A stretch of 32,483 nt of DNA from an uncultured bacterium (lineage in GTDB: Bacteria > Acidobacteriota > Holophagae > Thermotomaculales > Thermotomaculaceae), in contig CBEUWV010000001.1 of NCBI GenBank assembly GCA_965546895.1, forward strand, positions 1-32,483, in the 5' to 3' direction. Under the pieces are notes generated by a model. That model searched no databases, had not been told where the DNA came from, and worked only from the letters and a program-made list of their open reading frames with translations. Position numbers and translations under genes: made by a program. Shown here piece by piece: positions 8,574-15,887 of this stretch (positions are counted from its first letter, which is position 1; each line of letters opens with the position of its first letter).

Positions 8574-9827
8574 TCAGGTTCCCTGAGCGTAATCGTTGAT
8601 ATAGGCAACCTGTTCGTCTGTTAACTTGTCAATGGAAAGTCCCATGGTTTCCAGTTTGAGTCGGGCGATGTCTTGATCCTGTTCCACCGGCAGAAGGTGG
8701 ACGATCCTTTCCAGGTCTTTCCCTTCTTTTGTCAGACGGATCATTGCGAGGAACTGGTTGGCAAAAGACATGTCCATTACCTCAGAGGGATGCCCTTCCG
8801 CTGCTGCAAGGTTTACCAGGCGACCCTTTGCAAGAAGGAAAATTCTTCGGTTGTCATGGGTGACATATTCTTCGTTGTTCATTCTGATTTCTGACTTTGA
8901 TTTTGAAATTTCCTCCAAACCGGGGATATTGATTTCGCAGTCATAATGGCCGGTATTGCAGACAATTGCGCCGTCTTTCATGGCCTCAAAGTGACGTTTC
9001 ACAATAATGTCTTTCACTCCCGTAGCGGTTACAAAAATGTCGCCCAGCGGTGCGGCTTCATCCATTGTCATGACGCGCATCCCCTCAAGCGTGGCTTTCA
9101 GGGCGGCGGTGGGTTTAACTTCTGTTACGACGACGTTGGCACCAAGGCCTTTCGCCCGCATGGCAACGCCCTTACCACAGTGGCCGTAACCTGCGACAAC
9201 AACAGTTTTCCCAGCGATCAATACGCTGGTGGCCCGAAGAATCCCATCCAGAGTTGACTGGCCGGTACCATAAATATTGTCAAAGTCCCATTTTGTCTCG
9301 GCATCATTTACAGCAAAAACAGGGTAGAGGAGCTTCCCGGCGTTTCCCATTGCACGTAGGCGGTGAACCCCTGTGGTGGTTTCTTCCGTTCCGCCAATTA
9401 CCGTCTGGGCCTTTTCGGGGTGCTTATTGTGAATGGTAAAAATCAAATCGGCGCCGTCATCCAATGTCAGGTTCGGGTTGGTTTCCAGAGTTTTGTCAAT
9501 GCACCAGTAAAATTCTTCTGTGTTCATCCCGTGCCATGCGTAAATTGAGGTACCGTTTTCAGCCAGTGCGGCCGCCACGTCATCTTGTGTGGACAACGGA
9601 TTACATCCGGACCATGACACCTCTGCACCAGCTGCCCGAAGGGTTTCCACCAGTACGGCTGTTTCTTTTGTCACATGGAGACAACCGGCAATCCGATAGC
9701 CTTTCAGCGGCTGAGTTTTGCTGTATTTTTCCCTGAGTGCCATCATTACTGGCATCCGGGACTCGGCCCAGTGAATCTTCAGTCGTCCCTGTTCACTGAG
9801 ATTTAAATCCGCAACTTTGTAAGTCAT
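8574..9827 (-). CDS. ahcY: Adenosylhomocysteinase (short form)
   Basis: MTYKVADLNLSEQGRLKIHWAE..., NAD-binding VVAGYGHCGKGVA, and CNTGHYDCEI. The start is moved to the ATG at 9825-9827 (residue 10 of the ORF), which has a GGAGGA SD. Confidence 0.95.
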   Translation of the reverse strand: MTYKVADLNLSEQGRLKIHWAESRMPVMMALREKYSKTQPLKGYRIAGCLHVTKETAVLVETLRAAGAEVSWSGCNPLSTQDDVAAALAENGTSIYAWHGMNTEEFYWCIDKTLETNPNLTLDDGADLIFTIHNKHPEKAQTVIGGTEETTTGVHRLRAMGNAGKLLYPVFAVNDAETKWDFDNIYGTGQSTLDGILRATSVLIAGKTVVVAGYGHCGKGVAMRAKGLGANVVVTEVKPTAALKATLEGMRVMTMDEAAPLGDIFVTATGVKDIIVKRHFEAMKDGAIVCNTGHYDCEINIPGLEEISKSKSEIRMNNEEYVTHDNRRIFLLAKGRLVNLAAAEGHPSEVMDMSFANQFLAMIRLTKEGKDLERIVHLLPVEQDQDIARLKLETMGLSIDKLTDEQVAYINDYAQGT

Positions 9828-9930
9828 ATATCCTCCAATTAAGTTGATTATCATATAGTTGAGGCATCGGGAATTGCCCGGATACCGAAAAAGCGACTTA
9901 TTGTATCAGATTTATTGACAAAGAGCGACA

Positions 9931-9961
9931 GGCAGTCTCGGAAACTGGCAGTCTCGGAAAC
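9931..9961. repeat. Tandem 15-bp direct repeat GGCAGTCTCGGAAAC x2 (period 16) in the divergent ahcY / lipoprotein control region
   Basis: 9931-9945 and 9947-9961 are identical. They are bracketed by the inverted 7-mers GACAGGC (9927-9933) and GCCTGTC (9971-9977). Confidence 0.85.
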
Positions 9962-10174
9962 ACCGGGACGGCCTGTCCTCCGATCTCAGTTTCAAATTAC
10001 CCGGGCGATACGAAGCTATAGCGTTTTTCATTCACTTCTGACGCTTTTGTTTTGTTTTAAAATAGAGTCCGGAACGGAAAATCAAGGAAAATGGAACGGT
10101 GGATTGATTATGTGAGCACAATGAGTTATGGTGATATTTACAGTTTTATGGCCAGATTCTCAGGGGGTAAGGAT

Positions 10175-11365
10175 ATGTCAGTAAGGCTGATAGCGGTGAG
10201 TATCATTTTGACAATGTTCTCAGCTTGCATGCGGGAACCAATCCCAGTGGCTTACAGTGAGGAAACGTTTAGACAAGCCGTACAGGATCGCCTTGGGTCC
10301 AAGTTACTGCCGGAAAAGCCAATAGTAATTTCGGGGGTGAAAGGTGTTGAAATGACCGTGACTGCCGAATCAATTTTGAAACCTCCTTTTCAACTCAGCT
10401 CCGAGGTTCGGGAGCAGCTCAGCTCCTGTGTGAATATGGCAAGCAGTCAGAAGGACCGATTCGATTTTCTCTACAACTGTCTATTCTGTAGTTCCAAGCC
10501 TTTTGGCTACATTGCAGACAGCACACTCAGTGCGAATGCATGTTTTCAGAATCATCTGGGAAACTGTTTCGCCATGACCAACCTTATGGTGGGCGCCGCA
10601 AGATTTGCCAAGCTCGAGGCTTACTATATGCTGGTGGAAGATATTGTTGGAAATAAAGTGGAAGCAGATACCGTAGTTTTAAGCAACCACATTATCACTG
10701 GAGTCCAGATCGGTCAGGACCGAAGGATGGTGGATTTTGTCCCGAATACAAGACATTATTATTACGTGGTTTTGCTGTCCGATCTCGAAGCAGCCGGCTT
10801 GTATTACAATAATATTGCTGCTCGACTACTGCTTGAACACAAAAACAAAAACGCGCGAATTCTTTTCAATATAGCGGAGAAATTTTATCCGGACTCTTAT
10901 CAGATTCAAAACAACATCGGCGTAATGATGTTGAGAAATGGGAACTTGTCAGGGGCAAGGAGTCATTTTTTGAAAGCCCTGCAACTGGCTCGTTTTCCGG
11001 ATATGGTAATGGGCAATGTAATGAAGGTATTTAAAAAACATGGAGGCATGAAATCGCCATATCTGCTTCGAAAGGACATGGAAAAGGCCAGGAAGCGGAA
11101 CCCGTATTTTTACCTGAGCATGGCGAGCCGGAATTACTGGCGGCGCAATTACGCGGTGGCAATGAAATTGTGTGAAACAGCCAAGGGAATCCGTCGGGAT
11201 ATCCCTGAGATTTACTTGCTGGAATTCAGGATTTACGCCAAGCTGGGGCTCAAGAGACAGCAGATGGAGACTTACAGGAAACTCCTGAAATATGAGCATT
11301 TTGATGGTGAAGCACCTCCCATGCCGGAAGTTGTGGATTCTCCAGAAGGCACAGGCGGAGAATGA
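10175..11365 (+). CDS. Transglutaminase-like cysteine peptidase domain + TPR lipoprotein (intact paralogue of 1372-2577)
   Basis: Lipobox MFSAC after a signal peptide. The triad motifs are GNCFAMTNL (Cys), NHIITGV (His) and MVDF (Asp). The C-terminal TPR-like half is present. By eye, well over half of the residues are identical to the 1372-2577 product. The start is set at ATG 10175, preceded by GGGGGTAAGGA. The ORF-track start at 10091 would add a non-signal extension. Confidence 0.85.
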   Translation: MSVRLIAVSIILTMFSACMREPIPVAYSEETFRQAVQDRLGSKLLPEKPIVISGVKGVEMTVTAESILKPPFQLSSEVREQLSSCVNMASSQKDRFDFLYNCLFCSSKPFGYIADSTLSANACFQNHLGNCFAMTNLMVGAARFAKLEAYYMLVEDIVGNKVEADTVVLSNHIITGVQIGQDRRMVDFVPNTRHYYYVVLLSDLEAAGLYYNNIAARLLLEHKNKNARILFNIAEKFYPDSYQIQNNIGVMMLRNGNLSGARSHFLKALQLARFPDMVMGNVMKVFKKHGGMKSPYLLRKDMEKARKRNPYFYLSMASRNYWRRNYAVAMKLCETAKGIRRDIPEIYLLEFRIYAKLGLKRQQMETYRKLLKYEHFDGEAPPMPEVVDSPEGTGGE

Positions 11366-11427
11366 TCGGCGAGAGACACTGCGACCCCTCTCCGGTTCCG
11401 ATGCCCACTCTTTTCTTTTTGAACCCT

Positions 11428-11465
11428 TCACGCATCACGCATCACCCATCACTCTTTCTCCGGTC
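11428..11465 (+). repeat. (TCACnnn)x4 heptad array plus a CT-rich tail; shares a ~24-nt core with 23856-23879
   Basis: TCAC occurs at 11428, 11435, 11442 and 11449. ATCACCCATCACTCTTTCTCCGGTC compares with CATCACCCATCACTTCTTCCGGTC at the pyrH locus. Confidence 0.85.
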
Positions 11466-11473
11466 CTTTTTTA

Positions 11474-11503
11474 TTGACACAACGGGGCGGAGTCTGGTAT
11501 TTT
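11474..11503 (+). promoter_or_regulatory. Candidate sigma70-type promoter for tRNA-Val (and possibly thrS)
   Basis: TTGACA (11474-11479), an 18-nt spacer, then TATTTT (11498-11503). The tRNA 5' end is 13 nt downstream. Confidence 0.5.
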
Positions 11504-11515
11504 TTCTGGCAGTGG

Positions 11516-11590
11516 AGGCACGTAGCTCAGTGGGAGAGCACTTCCCTGACGCGGAAGGGGTCGGCGGTTCGATACCGCCCGTGCCTACCA
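11516..11590 (+). tRNA. tRNA-Val (anticodon GAC), CCA encoded
   Basis: Manual cloverleaf. The acceptor is AGGCACG/CGTGCCT, the D arm GCTC/GAGC, the anticodon stem CTTCC/GGAAG with loop CTGACGC, and the T arm GGCGG-TTCGATA-CCGCC. The discriminator is A, followed by CCA. Confidence 0.9.
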
Positions 11591-11627
11591 TTTTTTTATA
11601 AACCAACCCAACACAGAGGTGAACGCC

Positions 11628-13568
11628 ATGGACAAAATTCATGTTACGCTTCCAGATGGGAATGTCCTTGATATTGTTAAGGGCGCGTCTCCGCTGGATG
11701 TAGCGGCCGACATTTCTTCCGGGTTGGCCCGGATGGCTGTGGCGGCCAGATTTAACGATAAGCTGATCGATATGACCGTACCGCTGACGGAGAACGGTTC
11801 ACTGGAAATTCTCACAGAAAAATCACCGGATGCCCTGGAAGTGCTTCGCCACTCCTCAGCCCATTTGATGGCACAGGCAGTGCAGAGGCTTTTTCCGGAG
11901 ACAAAGGTAACCATCGGGCCGGTGATTGAAGATGGTTTTTACTATGATTTTGACCGGGATACGCCGTTTACACCGGAGGACCTTGAGAAAATCGAAGGCG
12001 AGATGAAAAAGATTGCCAAAGAGAAGCTGGAAATCCATCGGGAAGAGGTAAGCCGGGAAGCCGCGCTGGATATGTTTGAAAAGATGGGAGAAGATTATAA
12101 GGTTGAAATCATCGGAGAACTCCCAGCCGGCGAAACCATCAGTTGCTACCGACAGGGAGAGTGGATGGATCTCTGCAGGGGACCCCATCTTCCCAATACT
12201 TCCTTCATCAAAGCATTCAAATTGCTGACAATTGCCGGTGCGTACTGGCGGGGTGATGAAAAAAACAAAATGCTGCAGCGGATTTACGGCACCGCCTTTT
12301 TCAAGAAGGCACAACTGGAAGAGTACCTGGAAATGCTGGCGGAAGCAAAGAAGCGGGACCACCGGCGTCTGGGGAAAGATCTGGAGCTTTTCGCTTTTGA
12401 GGAAAAGGTCGGGGGCGGATTTGTATTCTGGTACCCCAAAGGTGTGACTGTCCGCAAACAAATTGAAGATTATCTGTACAATGAACTGATAAAAAGGGGC
12501 TACCAATGGGTAATTTCCCCCCACCTGGCACGGAGTGAATTGTGGAAAACCTCCGGACACTATGATTTCTACCGCGAGAATATGTACAGCCTGTCCATTG
12601 ATGAGGAAGAGTACATTGTCAAGCCGATGAATTGTCCCTTCCACGTGATGATCTATAAGAACAAACGTCGCTCCTACCGGGAACTTCCCATCAAGTACGC
12701 GGAAAACGGAACAGTGTATCGGTATGAAAAGAGCGGGGCCCTGCACGGAATGCTCCGGGTACGGGGATTTACTCAGGACGACGCTCACATCATCTGTACG
12801 CCGGACCAGGTGCACAGCGAAATAGAAAAACTCATTGATCTGGCATTGGACATTTACAAGGTATTTGGCTTTGAAAAGTATAAGTTTGAATTGTCAGTCC
12901 GGGACAGCCAGAACAAGCAAAAATATGCCGGAACGGATGAGGAATGGGAAATGGCGGAAGATTCCTTGATCCAGGCACTGACAAAGAAAGGAATCGAGTT
13001 TGAACGCATGGAAGGCGAGGCGGTTTTCTATGGGCCCAAGATTGATGTCAAACTCTATGATTGTCTGGGCCGGAAATGGCAGGCAACCACCATTCAGTTT
13101 GATTTCAACCTTCCCAGGCGATTTGGAATGAGTTATGTGGCATCAGATGGGGCGGAACACACTCCCTTTATGGTCCATCGGGCAATTTTCGGGTCATGGG
13201 AACGCTTTTTCGGTATGCTGGTGGAACAATATGCAGGGGCTTTCCCGCTATGGCTGGCACCTGTACAGGTTGCCATAATTCCCATCACCGATGAGAATGT
13301 GCCGTATGCCAGAATGGTTTCGGACAAGCTGATGGCAGCCGGCATGCGAGTTACAATTGATGATCGCAGTGAAAAAATGGGGTACAAGATACGCGAAGCT
13401 CAGCTTCAAAAAGTGCCCTACATGCTGGTTGTAGGCAAGAAAGAAGCCGAGAACAAAACTGTCTCGGTTCGAGTGCGTGGAAAAGGGGACGAAGGTGCTG
13501 TCGCAATTGACGATTTTGTACAGAATGCGGTGGCACTTGTTGAGTCAAAATCATTGGATTTGGCTTGA
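11628..13568 (+). CDS. thrS: Threonine--tRNA ligase
   Basis: TGS domain at the N-terminus, class II motifs (FRGEE-like YRELPIKYAENGTVYRYE, GFTQDDAHIIC), and an anticodon-binding C-terminus. ATG 11628 has a GAGGTG SD 6 nt upstream. The track's GTG 11619 lies inside that SD. Confidence 0.95.
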   Translation: MDKIHVTLPDGNVLDIVKGASPLDVAADISSGLARMAVAARFNDKLIDMTVPLTENGSLEILTEKSPDALEVLRHSSAHLMAQAVQRLFPETKVTIGPVIEDGFYYDFDRDTPFTPEDLEKIEGEMKKIAKEKLEIHREEVSREAALDMFEKMGEDYKVEIIGELPAGETISCYRQGEWMDLCRGPHLPNTSFIKAFKLLTIAGAYWRGDEKNKMLQRIYGTAFFKKAQLEEYLEMLAEAKKRDHRRLGKDLELFAFEEKVGGGFVFWYPKGVTVRKQIEDYLYNELIKRGYQWVISPHLARSELWKTSGHYDFYRENMYSLSIDEEEYIVKPMNCPFHVMIYKNKRRSYRELPIKYAENGTVYRYEKSGALHGMLRVRGFTQDDAHIICTPDQVHSEIEKLIDLALDIYKVFGFEKYKFELSVRDSQNKQKYAGTDEEWEMAEDSLIQALTKKGIEFERMEGEAVFYGPKIDVKLYDCLGRKWQATTIQFDFNLPRRFGMSYVASDGAEHTPFMVHRAIFGSWERFFGMLVEQYAGAFPLWLAPVQVAIIPITDENVPYARMVSDKLMAAGMRVTIDDRSEKMGYKIREAQLQKVPYMLVVGKKEAENKTVSVRVRGKGDEGAVAIDDFVQNAVALVESKSLDLA

Positions 13569-13593
13569 CATTGGTTAATGTTCCGTCTATAGT
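13565..13593 (+). promoter_or_regulatory. Near-consensus sigma70 promoter for infC-rpmI-rplT, overlapping the thrS stop codon
   Basis: TTGACA (13565-13570), a 17-nt spacer, then TATAGT (13588-13593). Confidence 0.65.
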
Positions 13594-13624
13594 GAAACAC
13601 TGACTTTGATGGGGAGGTGTGTCT

Positions 13625-14185
13625 ATTAACCGCTCAGACAGTAGAAATTCAAGGGGCAACGGCAAAAATGGCGGAACCCGGATAAATGAGAACATTCGGG
13701 AAAAAGAGCTTCGGGTGGTTTCGGAAGATGGCGAACAGCTTGGAATTCTGAGCCTTGAGGAAGCACTTAACATTGCTCAGGGAAAGGGCCTGGACCTGGT
13801 CGAAGTGGCCCCCAACGGAAAGCCGCCGGTTTGCAGAATCATGGACTATGGGAAATACCTGTACACCGAGCAGAAAAGGGCTCAGCAGGCAAAGAAAAAA
13901 CAAAAGCGCATCCAGGTGAAGGAAATGAAATTTCGTCCAATGATTGACGATCACGATTACAACTTCAAGAAAAAACATGTTATCCGTTTTCTTGAAGGGG
14001 GAGACCGGGTAAAAGTGACTGTTCGTTTCCGAGGCCGGGAGCTGGCGCACAAGGACAAAGGATTTGCTATTCTCCAGCGGCTGAAAGCGGATCTGGAGGA
14101 ATATGGATACCCGGAAAAAGGACCCTCTTTCGAGGGGATTCACATGGTACAGATTTTTGTGCCGAAGCCTTCGGGGAAAAATTGA
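13625..14185 (+). CDS. infC: Translation initiation factor IF-3, probable ATT start (the ORF-track alternative is GTG 13619)
   Basis: INENIREKELRVVSEDGEQLGI...KPPVCRIMDYGKY... is canonical IF-3. The GGAGG SD at 13613-13617 is 1 nt from GTG 13619 but 7 nt from the in-frame ATT 13625. Confidence 0.9.
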   Translation: MNRSDSRNSRGNGKNGGTRINENIREKELRVVSEDGEQLGILSLEEALNIAQGKGLDLVEVAPNGKPPVCRIMDYGKYLYTEQKRAQQAKKKQKRIQVKEMKFRPMIDDHDYNFKKKHVIRFLEGGDRVKVTVRFRGRELAHKDKGFAILQRLKADLEEYGYPEKGPSFEGIHMVQIFVPKPSGKN

Positions 14186-14226
14186 CGTAAGGCAGATAAA
14201 GTCTATTACCGAATTTTGGAGGAAAT

Positions 14227-14424
14227 ATGCCGAAACTGAAAAGCCACAGAGGTGCAGCAAAGCGAACGAAGACGACTGGCAGTGGCAAGATTGTTTTAAA
14301 CCATGCCAATAAGAGCCACATTTTGACCAAGAAGGCCAAGAAAAGGAAACGGAATCTTCGAAAGTCTTTTCTGGCTTCTTCCGGCGACACCGTAGTTTTG
14401 AAGAAGATGCTGCCGTACGGCTGA
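14227..14424 (+). CDS. rpmI: 50S ribosomal protein L35
   Basis: [22 protein letters not shown]..., with a GGAGGA SD. Confidence 0.95.
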   Translation: MPKLKSHRGAAKRTKTTGSGKIVLNHANKSHILTKKAKKRKRNLRKSFLASSGDTVVLKKMLPYG

Positions 14425-14472
14425 GGCATCTGAATTTCATTGTTTTTTTGATACAAGCAGGAGATAAGAGAT

Positions 14473-14829
14473 ATGACACGCGTTAGAAGAGGAACCAAAA
14501 AGAAAGACAGAAGAAAAAAAATCCTTAAACTGGCCAAGGGCTATTATGGCGGCCGGAGTAAACTGTACCGTACAGCAAAGGAATCAGTAGAAAGGGCATT
14601 GGCTTTTTCCTATCGGGATCGCCGCAGAAAGAAACGGGATTTTCGATCTTTGTGGATTGTACGAATCAATGCCGCCGCAAGACTCCATGAACTGAAGTAC
14701 AGTACATTCATGAATGGTCTGAAGCAGGCCGGAATTGAACTGGATCGGAAGGTTCTGGCCGAGCTGGCCGTTTCCAATCCGGAAGCCTTTGCGGAGCTTG
14801 CAACCAAGGCAAAAGACGCCCTGAAATAA
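14473..14829 (+). CDS. rplT: 50S ribosomal protein L20
   Basis: [37 protein letters not shown]... Confidence 0.95.
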   Translation: MTRVRRGTKKKDRRKKILKLAKGYYGGRSKLYRTAKESVERALAFSYRDRRRKKRDFRSLWIVRINAAARLHELKYSTFMNGLKQAGIELDRKVLAELAVSNPEAFAELATKAKDALK

Positions 14830-14839
14830 GTCAGCACAG

Positions 14840-15868
14840 ATGAGCGACCTGAAGGCGCGGATTCAGGGAATCAGGGAGGCCTTCAAGCAGGCATTGGACC
14901 AGGTCGAAGGTCTGAAGGCCCTGGAAGAACTGAGAAATAATTATCTGGGTAGAAAACGAGGAATCGTAAAGGACTTACTGAATGATCTTCGAACAGCTCC
15001 AAAGGAGTTGCGTCCGGAGCTGGGCCAGATTATCAACCAACTGAAACAGACTGTAGAAAACAATCTTGCTGAAAAGCTGGAAGCACTGAAATCCGGCAAA
15101 TCTGACAGCAGGCCAGAAAGTGGATTGGATCTCACTTTACCGGGGATCGCCCCTGAGCTGGGAGCTTTGCATCCGCTGAACGTTGTGAATCGGGACCTGA
15201 TCCGCATTTTCGAACGGATGGGCTATGAAGTGGCCGGTGCATCTGAAATTGAGACAGATTTCTACAACTTTGAAGCATTGGGACTTACAAAAGACCATCC
15301 GGCCAGAGACATGCAGGATACGTTCTATGTTACAGATGAAGTGGTGCTCAGGACCCATACTTCCAATGTTCAGATCCATCTGATGCAGGAAAGAAAACCT
15401 CCCTTCAAGGCTATTATGCCCGGTCGGGTTTATCGTAAAGACGCTGATATTACACACTCTCCCATGTTTCATCAGGTGGAAGGCCTTGTGGTGGGGGAGG
15501 ATATTACTTTTACGGACTTGAAAGGTACGCTGGAACATTTTTTGAAACAACTTTTTGGCCCGGACACAAAGATGCGGCTTCGGCCCAGTTATTTCCCATT
15601 CACGGAACCAAGCGCAGAGGTTGATGTCAGTTGCATCATGTGCGGTGGCAAGGGCTGTCGGGTTTGCAAGAACAGCGGCTGGTTGGAAATTCTCGGGGCC
15701 GGCATGGTGGACCCTGTGGTGTTTAAGAATGTAGGCTACGATCCTGAGGTAGTTTCCGGTTTTGCCTTTGGTCTTGGAGTGGAGAGAGTTGCGATGCTGA
15801 AGCACGGCATTTCCGATATCCGCATGTTTTTTGACAATGATCTGAGATTTCTGTCTCAGTTCAACTGA
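14840..15868 (+). CDS. pheS: Phenylalanine--tRNA ligase alpha subunit
   Basis: N-terminal coiled coil, HPLN..., DTFY, LRTHTS, and class II motif 3 GFAFGLGVERVAMLKHGI. Confidence 0.95.
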   Translation: MSDLKARIQGIREAFKQALDQVEGLKALEELRNNYLGRKRGIVKDLLNDLRTAPKELRPELGQIINQLKQTVENNLAEKLEALKSGKSDSRPESGLDLTLPGIAPELGALHPLNVVNRDLIRIFERMGYEVAGASEIETDFYNFEALGLTKDHPARDMQDTFYVTDEVVLRTHTSNVQIHLMQERKPPFKAIMPGRVYRKDADITHSPMFHQVEGLVVGEDITFTDLKGTLEHFLKQLFGPDTKMRLRPSYFPFTEPSAEVDVSCIMCGGKGCRVCKNSGWLEILGAGMVDPVVFKNVGYDPEVVSGFAFGLGVERVAMLKHGISDIRMFFDNDLRFLSQFN

Positions 15869-15887
15869 ATGCAACAAAGAGGGAAAC

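Noticed and set aside
9828-9990. SAH riboswitch in the ahcY 5' region.
   Set aside because: The predicted leader on the minus strand is only about 65 nt and holds one small hairpin (ATCCGGG-caatt-CCCGAT). I could not recognise the pseudoknotted SAH-element core. The CAGGC..CTCGGAA-like strings are on the wrong (plus) strand. A cmsearch with RF01057 would settle it.
9915-10115. A 66-aa ORF in the ahcY/lipoprotein intergenic region, and the 8283-8513 ORF overlapping the FmdB-like gene.
   Set aside because: The first starts at the TTG of a TTGACA hexamer, has no SD and is low-complexity. The second is an alternative frame of a gene with a textbook CxxC…CxxC zinc-ribbon signature.
10091-10174. 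N-terminal extension of the second lipoprotein paralogue from the ORF-track start (MERWIDYVSTMSYGDIYSFMARFSGGKD).
   Set aside because: The extension would bury the signal peptide and lipobox. The ATG at 10175 has a good SD and aligns with the start of the paralogue.
11591-11627. T-box or tRNA-mimic operator upstream of thrS.
   Set aside because: Only 37 nt separate the tRNA-Val 3' end from the thrS start, which is too short for either structure.
11856-12815. Long minus-strand ORFs inside housekeeping genes: 11856-12815 in thrS, 13649-14479 across infC/rpmI, 15137-15949 in pheS, 22776-23462 in rnj, and 28795-29367 / 29132-29659 at the peptidase/oxidoreductase junction.
   Set aside because: All lie antisense to genes with unambiguous family signatures. 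They lack SDs and give low-complexity products with no recognisable motifs. These are typical mirror-frame ORFs.
14186-14472. L20-binding leader or attenuator structures around rpmI/rplT, and a pheM-type leader before pheS.
   Set aside because: The intergenic gaps are only about 40, about 48 and 10 nt. I could not fold any convincing pseudoknot or terminator-antiterminator pair in them.
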